This document shows, piece after piece, positions 10,546 to 21,302 of a stretch of DNA of 40,390 nucleotides. The translations under genes were made by a program, and so were the position numbers. The notes beneath the pieces are model-generated. The model saw only the letters and a list, made by a program, of their open reading frames with translations. It ran no database searches and was not told where the DNA came from. The first letter of the stretch is position 1, and each line of letters opens with the position of its first letter. The stretch is from the NCBI GenBank assembly GCA_035265505.1, contig DATFOP010000231.1, positions 1-40,390 of the forward strand. The letters run 5' to 3'. Source of the stretch: Propionibacteriaceae bacterium. GTDB lineage: Bacteria; Actinomycetota; Actinomycetes; Propionibacteriales; Propionibacteriaceae.

Positions 10546-12021
10546 ATGTCGGTAGACACTTCGGGAACAGCGTCCGCGGCACGAACTCCCCCCAGCGAGG
10601 GGTCGGGCCGGCACCGCGTCGTTGTCATCGGTTCAGGCTTCGGAGCGTTGTGGGCAACCGAAGCGCTCGCCAAGGCGCCGGTCGACATCACCATGATCAG
10701 CATGACGTCGCACCACTTGTTCCAGCCACTCCTCTACCAAGTGGCGACGGGGGTGCTTTCTGAGGGTGAAGTAGCGCCGGCAACCCGTGAGATCTTGAAG
10801 AAGCAGGCCAATGCCACGGTGCTCCTGGGGCGGGTGACCGACATCGACCTCGGCGCACGGACGGTGACCTCGGTAAGCCCGCTCGGGACGACCATCACGC
10901 GATACGACACCCTCATCGTGGCTGCGGGAGCGGGCCAGTCGTATTTCGGCAACGACCAGTTCTCCGAGTTCGCGCCCGGCATGAAGAGCATCGACGATGC
11001 CCTGGAATTGCGCGGGCGGATCTTCGGGTCCTTCGAACTTGCCGAGCTGTGCACCGATCCTGCGGTCGCCGAGGAGTGGCTGACCTTCGTCGTGGTCGGA
11101 GCCGGCCCCACCGGGGTGGAGATGGCCGGCCAGATCAGCGAGCTTGCGCACCGCACGTTGCGCCGCGACTTCCGCCGCATCGACACGACAAAGGCCAAGG
11201 TCATCCTGTTGGACGCCGCGCCCGCTGTCCTGGGTGCATTCGGCGATCAGTTGTCGGCGGCCGCCACCGAGCAGCTACACAAGATCGGCGTCGATGTCCA
11301 GCTCAACGTCAAGGTGGTCGGTGTGGACAACACCGGCGTAGACGTCATCGATCCGGACGGTACGCAGCGCCGGATTCCGTCGAGATGCAAGGTGTGGGCC
11401 GCGGGCGTGAGCGCCTCACCACTCGGGCAGCAGCTAGCCGAGCAAAGTGACGCCGAGGTCGACCGCGCAGGTCGGGTTCTGGTCAACAAAGACCTGACCC
11501 TGCCAGGGCATCCCGAGGTCTTTGTTATCGGCGACATGATGGCCCTGGACAACCTGCCCGGCGTGGCCCAGGTCGCCATGCAAGGCGGTAAACATGCTGC
11601 CGGGCAGATCGAACGCAGGCTGCGGGGTCAAGAAACTGGGCAGCCGTTCAAGTACTTCGACAAGGGCAGCATGGCCACGATCTCGCGGTTCCACGCGGTC
11701 TGCAGCATCGGTAAGCGCATCCGGCTCGCTGGGTTCGTCGCCTGGGTCATGTGGCTCGCGGTTCACGTCATGTACCTGGTCGGCTTCAAGAACCGTTTCA
11801 CGACAGTGCTGCACTGGGCGGTCAGCTTCGTCTTCCGCGGGCGGTCGCAGCGGACGACGACGCGGCAGCAGATCGTCGCTCGGACCCTGATGGCCCGGCT
11901 CAGCGCGGCGGAAGAGGAGCTGAACCAAGCCAAGGCGACCGAATCGATCGGGAAAGGGGAGAAGATGAGCCCCGCAGCGGAGGAACAGCCAGCACAGTCG
12001 ACCCAACGGAACCCTGGCTAG
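10546..12021 (+). CDS. ndh: Type II NADH dehydrogenase
   Basis: GSGFGAL FAD motif, HHLFQPLLYQVATG, GAGPTGVEMAG, FKYFDKGSMATI; SD GAGGAG. Confidence 0.93.
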   Translation: MSVDTSGTASAARTPPSEGSGRHRVVVIGSGFGALWATEALAKAPVDITMISMTSHHLFQPLLYQVATGVLSEGEVAPATREILKKQANATVLLGRVTDIDLGARTVTSVSPLGTTITRYDTLIVAAGAGQSYFGNDQFSEFAPGMKSIDDALELRGRIFGSFELAELCTDPAVAEEWLTFVVVGAGPTGVEMAGQISELAHRTLRRDFRRIDTTKAKVILLDAAPAVLGAFGDQLSAAATEQLHKIGVDVQLNVKVVGVDNTGVDVIDPDGTQRRIPSRCKVWAAGVSASPLGQQLAEQSDAEVDRAGRVLVNKDLTLPGHPEVFVIGDMMALDNLPGVAQVAMQGGKHAAGQIERRLRGQETGQPFKYFDKGSMATISRFHAVCSIGKRIRLAGFVAWVMWLAVHVMYLVGFKNRFTTVLHWAVSFVFRGRSQRTTTRQQIVARTLMARLSAAEEELNQAKATESIGKGEKMSPAAEEQPAQSTQRNPG

Positions 12022-12042
12022 GAGCAACCGGATCGCGGCTGC

Positions 12043-12540
12043 TCAGCTACCCGCAAGAAGTTCGTCGAGCTTCTGGTAACCCTCCTGGACGCCAACGTCC
12101 ATGCCACTGGCCATGATCGCATTCCGAGCCTCCATGCTGTCGACGACCGAAAGGCCCACGACTCGAGTGCGGCCATTTCCCAGATCCTCGAAGGTCATCG
12201 TGTCCAGGCTGACGCCGTCCGGCATCCCTTCCCAGGTGAACGTCTGCACCAGTCGTTCATTGGGTCGGACTTCATGGAAGGATCCGTAGAACGAGGCGAT
12301 CTCCTGACCGTCGCGCTCTGCAACGTATCGATAACTCCCTCCGGTTCGCGCGTCCCAATTGTCGATCCGGGTCGTGACGCTCCTCGGGCCGAGCCAGCGG
12401 GCCACCAGACCAGGATCGGTCCAGGCCCGGAAGACTTTGTCGGGCGGGGCGTCGAACTCACGGGTGATCCGGACGGTCGGCAGCTTCGGATCGGCCTCGA
12501 TCTGGGCCTCACGGGTGCCTGGGGTGCTGGTGGTGTTCAT
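12043..12540 (-). CDS. SRPBCC/AHSA1 (START-like) ligand-binding protein
   Basis: ITREFDAPPDKVFRAWTDP..RWLGP, D.R.GG.YRY; overlaps the ArsR stop (ATGA). Confidence 0.9.
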   Translation of the reverse strand: MNTTSTPGTREAQIEADPKLPTVRITREFDAPPDKVFRAWTDPGLVARWLGPRSVTTRIDNWDARTGGSYRYVAERDGQEIASFYGSFHEVRPNERLVQTFTWEGMPDGVSLDTMTFEDLGNGRTRVVGLSVVDSMEARNAIMASGMDVGVQEGYQKLDELLAGS

Positions 12541-12914
12541 GATGCTGCTCCCTTCTGATCGTCAGCAATGCGCTGGCGGTCGGTCGTTTCTTTCTCATCC
12601 ATCGCTTCGAGAACGGCGTCGAGGCGCCGGAACCGCTCCTCCGCCCGCTGCCGGTACTTTTCGATCCACTTGGTCATCAGGTCGAAGACTTCGGCCTCCA
12701 GGTGGCGGGGGCGCCGCTGGGCGTCCCGGCTGTGGCTGACCAGCCCGGCTTCTTCCAGCACTCGCAGGTGCTTCGAGACGGCCTGCATGGAGACGCCATA
12801 CGGCTTCGCCAGCTGACCCACTGTGGCGTCACCAACAGCGAGTCGCGCGACCATGTCGCGCCGAGTGGGGTCGGCCAGCGCCGCAAAGATCCGCGACAGC
12901 TGATCTTCTGACAT
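12537..12914 (-). CDS. ArsR/SmtB family transcriptional regulator
   Basis: FAALADPTRR...AVSKHLRVLEEAGLV winged HTH; SD GGAGG. Confidence 0.93.
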   Translation of the reverse strand: MSEDQLSRIFAALADPTRRDMVARLAVGDATVGQLAKPYGVSMQAVSKHLRVLEEAGLVSHSRDAQRRPRHLEAEVFDLMTKWIEKYRQRAEERFRRLDAVLEAMDEKETTDRQRIADDQKGAAS

Positions 12915-12930
12915 GTCTCGCCTCCGTATT

Positions 12931-12991
12931 CAACCAATCGGTTGTAAACGAAGGTAATCCTTTGCCAGCCAAGTTGTCAACCGCCTGGTTG
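12931..12991 (-). promoter_or_regulatory. Promoter of arsR-SRPBCC with two palindromic operators
   Basis: CAACC-N4-GGTTG at 12931-44 and 12978-91; minus-strand TTGACA (12975-80), N18, TACCTT. Confidence 0.75.
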
Positions 12992-13033
12992 CGGAACTGA
13001 CGCGATCGAGCGAAGCCTGCGACGTGATTCGGC

Positions 13034-13696
13034 TTACCAGCCGCGGGCGCGCCATTCATCAAGATGCGGCCGCTCGTCACCGAGCGTCGTGTCGTCGCCA
13101 TGTCCCGGATGAACGATTGTGTCGTCGTCGAAGCGAGCGAAGATCTTGGTCTCGAGATCATTCATCAACGTGCCGAAGTCTGAGGCCGAGGTGGTCCTTC
13201 CCGGGCCGCCCGGGAAGAGGCTGTCCCCGGTGAACAGATGGGTATTCGGCCCGCCGGCGTAGGCCAAGGTGATCGAACCCGGTGTATGCCCCGCGAGCCC
13301 GATCACCTCCAGGAACTCTTCGCCGAGTTCAATCCGGTCACCGTCCCAGACCCCCGTCAGGCCTTGAACGCGGGAGCCCTCAGCGATGGCAGCGACGTCC
13401 GGCTGCCCGGCCACAAGCCGAGCTCTGGTGGTGGCCGCCACCCGCCCGAGAGCTTGCCAGTGATCACCGTGGCGATGGGTAGTGATGATCGTTTCCAACG
13501 GTTGACCGGCGAGGAGTTCAAGGAGTCGCTCATGGTCATTGGCGGCGTCGATCAACACACCGGATCCGTGCTGTGGCTGAAGGAGGTAGGCGTTGTTGTC
13601 CATCGGTCCAACGCTGAGCTTGATCATGGTCGCGCTCGGGGAAAGCTTTTCGACCAGCGGCCTGCCTCCCGGCGTGACGTGTCCGCGACTCTCCAT
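13034..13696 (-). CDS. MBL-fold metallo-hydrolase (glyoxalase II-like)
   Basis: THRHGDH, GHTPGS, FTGDSLFPGG, PGHG; SD GAAAGGGAG. Confidence 0.92.
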   Translation of the reverse strand: MESRGHVTPGGRPLVEKLSPSATMIKLSVGPMDNNAYLLQPQHGSGVLIDAANDHERLLELLAGQPLETIITTHRHGDHWQALGRVAATTRARLVAGQPDVAAIAEGSRVQGLTGVWDGDRIELGEEFLEVIGLAGHTPGSITLAYAGGPNTHLFTGDSLFPGGPGRTTSASDFGTLMNDLETKIFARFDDDTIVHPGHGDDTTLGDERPHLDEWRARGW

Positions 13697-13711
13697 GATC
13701 AAACTCCCTTT

Positions 13712-14440
13712 CTAATAGGCCGGCAGCTGGAGCTCGTCCCCGCCGGTGACCGCCGAACCATCGACGCGATTCGTCAGCCACCCGAGCAGGTTGGAGCTGT
13801 CGCCCGTGATATGACGCGGGTCACCAGAACTGCCGACGCTGATCGTGAACCCGGACTCTGAGGTCAGCACCAACCGCGGAAAGTCCTCGCGGTCACGCAG
13901 TCGGAGAGCACACCACTCCAAGAGCCATTCGGCCATCTGCTGGTCGATGTGGGCCACCTCTAAGCCGATATCGAGGTCGACATGATGGATGATCACCTCC
14001 AGCAGTCGGGCCAGTGGCAGCAATCGGGCCGGCACGCGCAGCCCGCCGCGCATCTCGACCACTGCATCCCAAGTGTCCGCTTCATGCAGTGCGTCGAAGG
14101 CCTCGCCGAGCCGGCCGGCGGAGGTGTCCAGGTCGACCTGCAGCTCCAGACCCGTGCGCCCGGCTCCCGCCTCGATCTCCGACTCACGCTGATCGGCGGA
14201 TGAGTACATGTCCCGGCGCTCGCCAGTCCTCGCCCATTCGGTGAGGCGTCGAATGGCATCCGCCTGCCGAGCAAGGTGCGTCGCCACATGGGCTCGGGTC
14301 CAGTTGGGCAGGCGGCTGGGGCGTCGCCAGTCCTCGTCGCTAACGGTGATCGTGTCGCCTAGCAACCGCTGGGTCGCCTGCGCGACCATGAAACGTACGG
14401 TCTCCAGTTGATCGGCGGCCGATGCCGTTGGCGCACTCAT
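13712..14440 (-). CDS. Maleylpyruvate isomerase (MDMPI/DinB-like) family mycothiol-dependent enzyme
   Basis: [22 protein letters not shown]; [12 protein letters not shown]; TACCTT 6 nt before the ATG (leaderless). Confidence 0.88.
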   Translation of the reverse strand: MSAPTASAADQLETVRFMVAQATQRLLGDTITVSDEDWRRPSRLPNWTRAHVATHLARQADAIRRLTEWARTGERRDMYSSADQRESEIEAGAGRTGLELQVDLDTSAGRLGEAFDALHEADTWDAVVEMRGGLRVPARLLPLARLLEVIIHHVDLDIGLEVAHIDQQMAEWLLEWCALRLRDREDFPRLVLTSESGFTISVGSSGDPRHITGDSSNLLGWLTNRVDGSAVTGGDELQLPAY

Positions 14441-14500
14441 GGACCAAAGGTAGTGGTCAACCGCGGACTCAGAGGAGCGGCGGTGCAAGCGCTTCAGCAC

Positions 14501-14522
14501 TGTCAGGGCCGGCACATACCAT
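14501..14522 (+). promoter_or_regulatory. PafBC/RecA-NDp-type promoter, leaderless uvrA
   Basis: TGTCAG-N10-TACCAT, then 7 nt to GTG 14530. Confidence 0.75.
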
Positions 14523-14529
14523 GTGCACC

Positions 14530-17500
14530 GTGACCGACAGTCTCGTCGTCCGGGGTGCCCGCGAGCACAATTTGAGGAACATCTCCCTGGAGTTGCCGCG
14601 CGACGCCTTGATCGTGTTCACCGGGCTGTCGGGATCGGGCAAGTCGAGCCTCGCGTTCGACACGATCTTCGCGGAAGGACAGCGCCGCTACGTCGAGTCC
14701 CTGTCGGCCTACGCGCGTCAGTTCCTGGGCCAGATGGACAAGCCGGATGTCGACTTCATTGAGGGCCTCTCGCCGGCGGTGTCGATCGATCAGAAGTCCA
14801 CGAGCCGTAACCCGCGCTCGACGGTGGGCACCATCACGGAGGTCTATGACTACCTCCGCCTGCTCTACGCGCGGGCAGGCCGCCCGCACTGCCCCGTATG
14901 TGGCGAACCGATCAGCCGGCAATCTCCCCAGCAGATCGTGGATCGACTGCTGGGGTTGGCGGAGGGTACCCGATTCCAGGTGCTCGCTCCCGTGGTGCGG
15001 GGCCGCAAGGGGGAGTACGTCGAGGTCTTCCGGCAGCTGGCCGGGGCTGGCTTCAGCAGGGCGCGGGTCGATGGCGAGCTCGTGCAGCTGACTGAGCCGC
15101 CCACGTTGGATAAGAAGTACAAGCACTCGATCGACGTCATCGTCGACCGGCTTGCGGTCAAGCCCAGTGTCAAACAGCGGCTCACCGACTCGGTCGAAAC
15201 CGCGCTGGCGCTAGCCCAAGGCGTCGTTTCCATTGACTTCGTCGACCTTGATCCGAGCGATCCGCTGAGGGAACGGCGCTATTCGGAACGAATGGCCTGT
15301 CCCAATGATCATGACATCGCGATCGAGGAGCTCGAGCCGCGGCAATTCTCTTTCAACGGACCTTGGGGCGCATGTCCGGATTGCTCTGGTCTGGGCACCC
15401 GCATGGAGGTCGACCCGGAGCTCGTCGTGCCCGATGACGAAAAGAGCCTTGCCCAAGGAGCGATCGCACCCTGGGCGTCGGCTCATGTTGCCGATTACTT
15501 CCAGCGGCTGATCGAGGCACTCGCCGCAAGCTCAGGTTTCAGCATGACGGTCCCCTGGCACCGGCTGCCAGCCGCGGCACAGAAGCTCCTGTTGTACGGG
15601 GTGCCCGGACAGGTGCATGTCCGCTACCGCAACCGGTACGGCCGAGAGCGCAGCTACAACGCCAAATATGAGGGTGTGGTGTCCTACATCGAGCGTCGGC
15701 ACGCCGAGGCGGAGTCCGACACCTCGCGCGAGCGGTTCGCCGGTTACATGCGGGAGGTGCCGTGTCATTCGTGCCACGGTGCCCGGCTGAAGCCCACATC
15801 CCTCGCCGTCACTGTGGGTGGCAAGAACATCGCTGAGATCTCGGCCATGTCGATCGACGAGGCTGCCGCCTTTCTGCAGCAGCTGGTGCTCAGCGACCGG
15901 GAGCGACAGATCGCCGAGCGGGTGCTCAAGGAAATCAATGAGCGGCTGAGGTTCCTTCTCGACGTGGGCTTGGACTATTTGTCGCTCAGCCGTCCCACCG
16001 CCAGCCTCTCCGGGGGTGAAGCCCAGCGGATCCGACTCGCCACGCAGATCGGCTCGGGTCTGGTCGGTGTGTTGTACGTCTTGGACGAACCGAGCATCGG
16101 GCTGCACCAGCGGGACAATCGCCGGCTGATCGAGACCTTGATCCGGTTGCGCGACCTCGGCAACACCTTGATCGTGGTAGAGCACGACGAGGACACCATC
16201 CGGACCGCGGACTGGGCGGTGGACATCGGTCCGGGGGCCGGCGACCACGGCGGCCACGTCGTCGTGTCGGGGCCTGTCGAGGAACTGCTCAACCATCCCA
16301 CCTCCCTCACCGGCGCCTATCTCTCCGGTCGGCGGAGTATCTCGCTGCCGTCTGGCAGGCGACCCCGAGTCAGGGGCCGGGAGATCACCGTGCACAACGC
16401 GGCCGAACACAACCTGCGCGACGTCAGCGTGAGGTTTCCGCTGGGCCAGATGATCGCGGTCACCGGGGTCTCCGGCTCGGGCAAGTCCACGCTGGTCAAC
16501 AGCATCCTGTACACGGCGCTGGCCAAACGCATCTACAACTCGCGGGAGGTTCCCGGCCGGCATCGCTCGATCAGCGGTGCCGACCAGATCGACAAGGTCA
16601 TCCATGTCGACCAGTCGCCCATCGGCCGTACGCCACGGTCCAATCCGGCGACGTACACCGGGGTCTTCGACCATGTCCGCAAGCTTTTCTCCGAGACGCC
16701 GGAGGCCAAGGTGCGCGGCTATCAGCAGGGCCGGTTCTCCTTCAACGTCAAGGGGGGTCGCTGTGAGAACTGCACCGGCGACGGCACGATCAAGATCGAA
16801 ATGAACTTCCTGCCCGATGTGTACGTACCGTGCGAGGTCTGCCACGGCGCCCGCTACAACCGGGAGACCTTGGAGGTCCATTACAAGGGCAAGTCCATTG
16901 CCGAGGTGCTGGACATGTCGATCGAAGAGGGCTTGGAGTACTTCGCAGCGCTACCGGCGATCGCGAGGCACTTGCGCACCCTGGTCGACGTCGGTCTCGG
17001 CTACGTCCGGCTCGGGCAGCCAGCGCCCACCCTGTCCGGCGGCGAAGCGCAGCGGGTCAAGCTGGCCAGCGAGCTGCAGAAGCGGTCCACCGGCCGCACG
17101 TTGTATGTGCTGGACGAACCGACCACCGGCCTCCACTTCGAAGACATCCGCAAGCTGCTCGGCGTCCTGGACAAGCTCGTCGACGCCGGAAACACCGTGG
17201 TCGTGATCGAACACAACCTCGACGTAATCAAGACCGCTGACTGGGTGATCGACATGGGTCCGGAAGGTGGCTCCCGCGGCGGCATGATCATTGCCGAGGG
17301 CACGCCAGAGCAGATCGCTGCGAACCCCAACTCCTATACGGGCGACTTCCTCCGGCGAATCTTGGCCGGCCGCTCAGTTCCGGTGGGACCACACCAGCCA
17401 GACCTGATCGGGCCTCCACCGGATGCCGTCCTCACTGACGGCCAGCCACCGGCCACGGCCAAGAAGGGGACGGAAAACGCAGCTCCCGCCAAGAAGGACC

Positions 17501-17598
17501 CGACCAAGAAAATCTCGGCGAAGAAGTCCAGAGCAGGGACGTCCGACGTCGCAACGACGCCTAACGGCAGGCGGGTTCCGGTCGGCAAGGCGAGTTGA
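14530..17598 (+). CDS. uvrA: Excinuclease ABC subunit A
   Basis: GAREHNL, two Walker A ([16 protein letters not shown]), two LSGGEAQR signatures, zinc fingers, Lys/Pro-rich tail. Confidence 0.98.
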   Translation: MTDSLVVRGAREHNLRNISLELPRDALIVFTGLSGSGKSSLAFDTIFAEGQRRYVESLSAYARQFLGQMDKPDVDFIEGLSPAVSIDQKSTSRNPRSTVGTITEVYDYLRLLYARAGRPHCPVCGEPISRQSPQQIVDRLLGLAEGTRFQVLAPVVRGRKGEYVEVFRQLAGAGFSRARVDGELVQLTEPPTLDKKYKHSIDVIVDRLAVKPSVKQRLTDSVETALALAQGVVSIDFVDLDPSDPLRERRYSERMACPNDHDIAIEELEPRQFSFNGPWGACPDCSGLGTRMEVDPELVVPDDEKSLAQGAIAPWASAHVADYFQRLIEALAASSGFSMTVPWHRLPAAAQKLLLYGVPGQVHVRYRNRYGRERSYNAKYEGVVSYIERRHAEAESDTSRERFAGYMREVPCHSCHGARLKPTSLAVTVGGKNIAEISAMSIDEAAAFLQQLVLSDRERQIAERVLKEINERLRFLLDVGLDYLSLSRPTASLSGGEAQRIRLATQIGSGLVGVLYVLDEPSIGLHQRDNRRLIETLIRLRDLGNTLIVVEHDEDTIRTADWAVDIGPGAGDHGGHVVVSGPVEELLNHPTSLTGAYLSGRRSISLPSGRRPRVRGREITVHNAAEHNLRDVSVRFPLGQMIAVTGVSGSGKSTLVNSILYTALAKRIYNSREVPGRHRSISGADQIDKVIHVDQSPIGRTPRSNPATYTGVFDHVRKLFSETPEAKVRGYQQGRFSFNVKGGRCENCTGDGTIKIEMNFLPDVYVPCEVCHGARYNRETLEVHYKGKSIAEVLDMSIEEGLEYFAALPAIARHLRTLVDVGLGYVRLGQPAPTLSGGEAQRVKLASELQKRSTGRTLYVLDEPTTGLHFEDIRKLLGVLDKLVDAGNTVVVIEHNLDVIKTADWVIDMGPEGGSRGGMIIAEGTPEQIAANPNSYTGDFLRRILAGRSVPVGPHQPDLIGPPPDAVLTDGQPPATAKKGTENAAPAKKDPTKKISAKKSRAGTSDVATTPNGRRVPVGKAS

Positions 17599-17699
17599 CC
17601 CGTCGAACCTCCTCGGCCTCGGCTTCGTCTGGACCAGGCAGCCAGTCCTTCCCGTGAAGGACAGCCCGACCGCTCGACCCACCGACCGATGGAGGCCCT

Positions 17700-18266
17700 A
17701 TGTCCGAGCAGCCGCACGTGGAATCGATCCCCAGCCGGCGGCCGGCGGTCGCGGCGTCGCGTCGGACCGTTCTGCGCGCCGCAGGCTTGCTGACCATCAC
17801 TGGCGGTGCGGTCGCCGCCACGGCCTGCGCCGCCGATGGTGATTCGGCAGCTGGGCCGAGCACAGCGGCAGGGGAGTCCTCTTCAGCCGCCGCGCCATCC
17901 ACGACCAAGCCGTCGGAAGCGGGCTCACCGAGTAGCGAGACATCGAGCAGCCCCACGAAGTCGGCCAAGGCGCCGAGCGGCCCGAGCGTCTCGACCTCGA
18001 AAGTTCCCGTAGGCGGTGGCGTGATCTTGAACAACGCGGACTACGTGGTCACCCAGCCGACGAAGGGCAATTACAAGGCGTTTACCAAGATTTGTACTCA
18101 TCAAGGCTGCACGGTCGCCGACGTAGCCAACGGGGTGATCCACTGCGACTGCCATGGCAGTGAGTACTCGATCAAGGACGGATCGGTGGTCAATCCACCT
18201 GCGTCCAAGCCGCTCGCGGAGCACAAGGTGACCGTCTCCGACGGCAAGGTGTTCGTCACCGACTGA
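17700..18266 (+). CDS. Rieske [2Fe-2S] protein, predicted Tat-exported lipoprotein
   Basis: SRRTVLR twin-Arg, ATAC lipobox-like, S/P/T linker, CTHQGC and CDCHGS ligands; SD GGAGG. Confidence 0.9.
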   Translation: MSEQPHVESIPSRRPAVAASRRTVLRAAGLLTITGGAVAATACAADGDSAAGPSTAAGESSSAAAPSTTKPSEAGSPSSETSSSPTKSAKAPSGPSVSTSKVPVGGGVILNNADYVVTQPTKGNYKAFTKICTHQGCTVADVANGVIHCDCHGSEYSIKDGSVVNPPASKPLAEHKVTVSDGKVFVTD

Positions 18267-18312
18267 TCCGAACACGGTCGGCCTCCCGGCGGGGGAGAGG
18301 ACCCGCCTGCGC

Positions 18313-18334
18313 TGTCCCCCCAGCCGCCTACGCT
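18313..18334 (+). promoter_or_regulatory. PafBC/RecA-NDp-type promoter, leaderless uvrC
   Basis: TGTCCC-N10-TACGCT, then 7 nt to GTG 18342. Confidence 0.6.
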
Positions 18335-18341
18335 GGAGCAC

Positions 18342-20375
18342 GTGCCAGCTGCTTCCTCGTCCCCGACGGCCTCTCGGCCAGGAGGCCAGCGGACCGGTCC
18401 GGCATACCGTCCAGCGCCGGGATCCATACCTGATCAGCCGGGGGTCTACCGCTTCTCGGACGCCCAGGGACGGGTGATCTATGTCGGTAAGGCCAAGAGC
18501 CTCCGGTCACGATTGAACTCGTACTTCGCCGACCCCACGTCGATGCTCAGTCGGACCCGCTCGATGGTTGAGACCGCCGCACGTGTCGACTGGACCGTGG
18601 TGCAGACCGAGGTGGAGGCGCTGCAGCTCGAATACTCCTGGATCAAGGAGTTCGATCCGCGGTTCAACATCAAATACCGCGACGACAAGTCCTACCCCTG
18701 GCTCGCCGTGACCCTCTCAGAGGAGTTCCCCCGCGTCATGGTCGGGCGGGGCGCGAAGCGCAAGGGAAACCGCTACTTCGGCCCCTACGCACACGCGTGG
18801 GCCATCCGAGAAACCGTCGATCTGTTGCTCCGGGTCTTTCCCATGCGGTCGTGTCGCCCGGGTGTGTTCAAGAACCACCGGCAGCTGGGCCGACCTTGTC
18901 TGCTCGGCTACATCGGCAAGTGTTCAGCGCCGTGTGTGGGCCGGATCGATGCCGCAGACCACCGACGGATCGTCGAGGACCTCTGCTCCTTCCTGTCCGG
19001 GCAGTCCGCGCCAATGCTCAAGAAGCTGGATCGCGAAATGCATCAGGCCAGCCAGGCCTTGGAGTTCGAGCGGGCAGCGCGGCTACGCGACAACATCGGA
19101 GCCCTTCAGCAGGCAATGGAGAAGAACGCGATCGTCCTCCGTGACGGAACGGACGCAGACGTGATTGCCGTGGCGGAGGATCCGCTGGAGGTTGCCGTCC
19201 AAATCTTCCACGTCCGGGGAGGACGGGTTCGCGGCGAACGTGGCTGGGTAGCCGATCGCTTCGACGACTCGGGAACCGCCTTCCTAGTCGAGCAGTTTCT
19301 CCTCCAGCTGTACGCCGACACGGATCCGAATGTGCCGGATCCCGCGACGGTTCCCCGCGAGATCCTGGTGCCGGTGCTGCCCGAGTCGCTGGACTCACTG
19401 ACCCGGCTGTTCACCGAACGGCGTGGTTCGACAGTGGAGATCCGAGTGCCGCAGCGGGGCGACAAGCGGGCGCTGATGGACACCGTCACCCGAAATGCCG
19501 GAGAGGCGCTGATTCGGCACAAGACGGCACGGGCCGGGGATCTGTCCACTCGCAATCGAGCTTTGGAAGAGCTTCAGGAGGCACTCGACCTGCCCACCTC
19601 GCCGCTGCGGATCGAGTGCTTCGACATCTCCAACCTCCAGGGCACCGAGGTGGTGGCCTCAATGGTGGTCTTCGAGGACGGACTGCCCCGTAAGAGTGAG
19701 TACCGCCGGTTCGTCATCCGACACGTCGACGGCCAGAACGATGTCGCGGCGATGCACGAAGTCATCACCCGCCGGTTCCGCCGCCTCCTGGACGACCGCC
19801 GATCGCTCGTCCACGGTGGCGAGCGCGGAGCGGATGGTGAGGAAGGGCCTCTGTTGATCGATCCGACGACCGGCGCTCCGCGAAAGTTCGCGTACGCCCC
19901 GTCTCTGGTGGTCGTCGATGGCGGCCCGCCCCAGGTCGCGGCGGCGGCCAAGGCGCTGGACGAGCTGGGGATCTCCGACGTCGCGCTGTGCGGGTTGGCG
20001 AAGCGCCTCGAGGAAGTGTGGTTGCCGGACAGCGACGATCCGGTCATCCTGCCGCGCACCAGCGAGGGACTTTATCTTCTCCAGCGACTGCGCGACGAGG
20101 CTCACCGTTTCGCCATCACCCATCACCGCGAACGGCGCAGTAAGTCGATGGTCGAGTCGGTCCTGGATCAGGTGCCCGGCCTGGGCGAGGTCCGCCGAAA
20201 GCTGCTGCTCAACCACTTCGGTTCTCTGAAGAAACTTCGCGCCGCCACGGTTGAGGAGATCGCCGCCGTCCCGGGCTTCGGCACCAAGACCGCCCTCAGT
20301 ATCAAACAAGCGTTGGAGGCTCTGCCGCAGCGCGAAGCTCTCAACACCGCAACCGGGGAAATCACCACGGTCTAG
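18342..20375 (+). CDS. uvrC: Excinuclease ABC subunit C
   Basis: GIY-YIG 'PGVYRF...[13 protein letters not shown]', [24 protein letters not shown], HhH. Confidence 0.98.
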   Translation: MPAASSSPTASRPGGQRTGPAYRPAPGSIPDQPGVYRFSDAQGRVIYVGKAKSLRSRLNSYFADPTSMLSRTRSMVETAARVDWTVVQTEVEALQLEYSWIKEFDPRFNIKYRDDKSYPWLAVTLSEEFPRVMVGRGAKRKGNRYFGPYAHAWAIRETVDLLLRVFPMRSCRPGVFKNHRQLGRPCLLGYIGKCSAPCVGRIDAADHRRIVEDLCSFLSGQSAPMLKKLDREMHQASQALEFERAARLRDNIGALQQAMEKNAIVLRDGTDADVIAVAEDPLEVAVQIFHVRGGRVRGERGWVADRFDDSGTAFLVEQFLLQLYADTDPNVPDPATVPREILVPVLPESLDSLTRLFTERRGSTVEIRVPQRGDKRALMDTVTRNAGEALIRHKTARAGDLSTRNRALEELQEALDLPTSPLRIECFDISNLQGTEVVASMVVFEDGLPRKSEYRRFVIRHVDGQNDVAAMHEVITRRFRRLLDDRRSLVHGGERGADGEEGPLLIDPTTGAPRKFAYAPSLVVVDGGPPQVAAAAKALDELGISDVALCGLAKRLEEVWLPDSDDPVILPRTSEGLYLLQRLRDEAHRFAITHHRERRSKSMVESVLDQVPGLGEVRRKLLLNHFGSLKKLRAATVEEIAAVPGFGTKTALSIKQALEALPQREALNTATGEITTV

Positions 20376-20414
20376 CTCCACCGCTTCAGAAGCCGAGCAG
20401 GGATAATCGTCTCC

Positions 20415-21302
20415 GTGACTGAGCCCGGAGAGGTTGAGCCATCGGCCACCAAGCTTCGGCTGGTCGTCGTGACCGGCATGTCCGGCGCCGGTCGGTCGAC
20501 GGCCGCCAACACGCTGGAGGACCTCGGCTGGTATGTCGTCGACAACCTGCCGCCGAGCGTGCTGCCGGAGGTCTGCACGCAGGCAAGTGAAGTCGGCCTG
20601 ACCCGGCTTGCCGTGGTTCTGGATGTGCGTACACGGGAGTTTTTCGAGCAGCTGCCGGCGATGTTCAGCAATCTCTCCGCTGCGGGCGCGTTGCCCGAGA
20701 TTTTGTACTTGGAAGCATCCGACGACGTGATCGTCCGCCGGCAGGAATCTGTGCGGCGGCCGCACCCGCTGCAGGGTGATGGTCGCCTACTCGACGGCAT
20801 TACCCGCGAACGCGAGACGCTCGCCACCCTACGGGCGGCAGCTGATCTGGTGATCGACACGTCGTCGCTGAACGTGCACCAACTCGCGTCTCGGGTGACC
20901 CACGCCTACGGCGGGGAGACCGAAGACCGGCTCCGGGTCACCCTGATCTCCTTCGGATTCAAAAACGGCATACCGGTCGATGCTGACATGGTCCTCGACG
21001 TCCGGTTCCTGCCGAATCCGCACTGGATCCCGGAGCTGCGCCCCCAAACCGGCCTCAGCAAGCCGGTGAGCGATTACGTGCTGGGCCAGGATGGCGCTCA
21101 GCCCTTTCTGGAGCATTTCTCGGAGCTCTTCGAGGTGATTTCGGCCGGCTACTTGCAAGAGGGTAAACGCTTCGCCACGATCGCCATGGGTTGTACGGGC
21201 GGCAAGCACCGGAGCACCGCAATCGCCGAGGAGTTCGCCAAACGGCTGCGCGCCAAGGGCGTAGCCACCAAGGTGCTGCACCGAGATGTGGGTCGCGAGT
21301 GA
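20415..21302 (+). CDS. rapZ: RNase adapter RapZ (YvcJ family P-loop protein)
   Basis: TGMSGAGRS, VDNLPP, SFGFKNG, DVRFLPNPHW, GCTGGKHRS. Confidence 0.95.
   Translation: MTEPGEVEPSATKLRLVVVTGMSGAGRSTAANTLEDLGWYVVDNLPPSVLPEVCTQASEVGLTRLAVVLDVRTREFFEQLPAMFSNLSAAGALPEILYLEASDDVIVRRQESVRRPHPLQGDGRLLDGITRERETLATLRAAADLVIDTSSLNVHQLASRVTHAYGGETEDRLRVTLISFGFKNGIPVDADMVLDVRFLPNPHWIPELRPQTGLSKPVSDYVLGQDGAQPFLEHFSELFEVISAGYLQEGKRFATIAMGCTGGKHRSTAIAEEFAKRLRAKGVATKVLHRDVGRE

Noticed and set aside
14422-14529. N-terminal extensions in the ORF track for uvrA (also uvrB, MFS, CGNR, yvcK, whiA, zwf, ctaA)
   Set aside because: They overlap neighbouring genes or promoters; family-like sequence begins at the downstream starts used here
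15532-16881. 449-aa antisense ORF inside uvrA (likewise 6651-7703, 19659-20765, 28730-30052, 32175-33008)
   Set aside because: Mirror-frame ORFs expected from high GC3 codon bias opposite conserved genes; no motifs or translation signals
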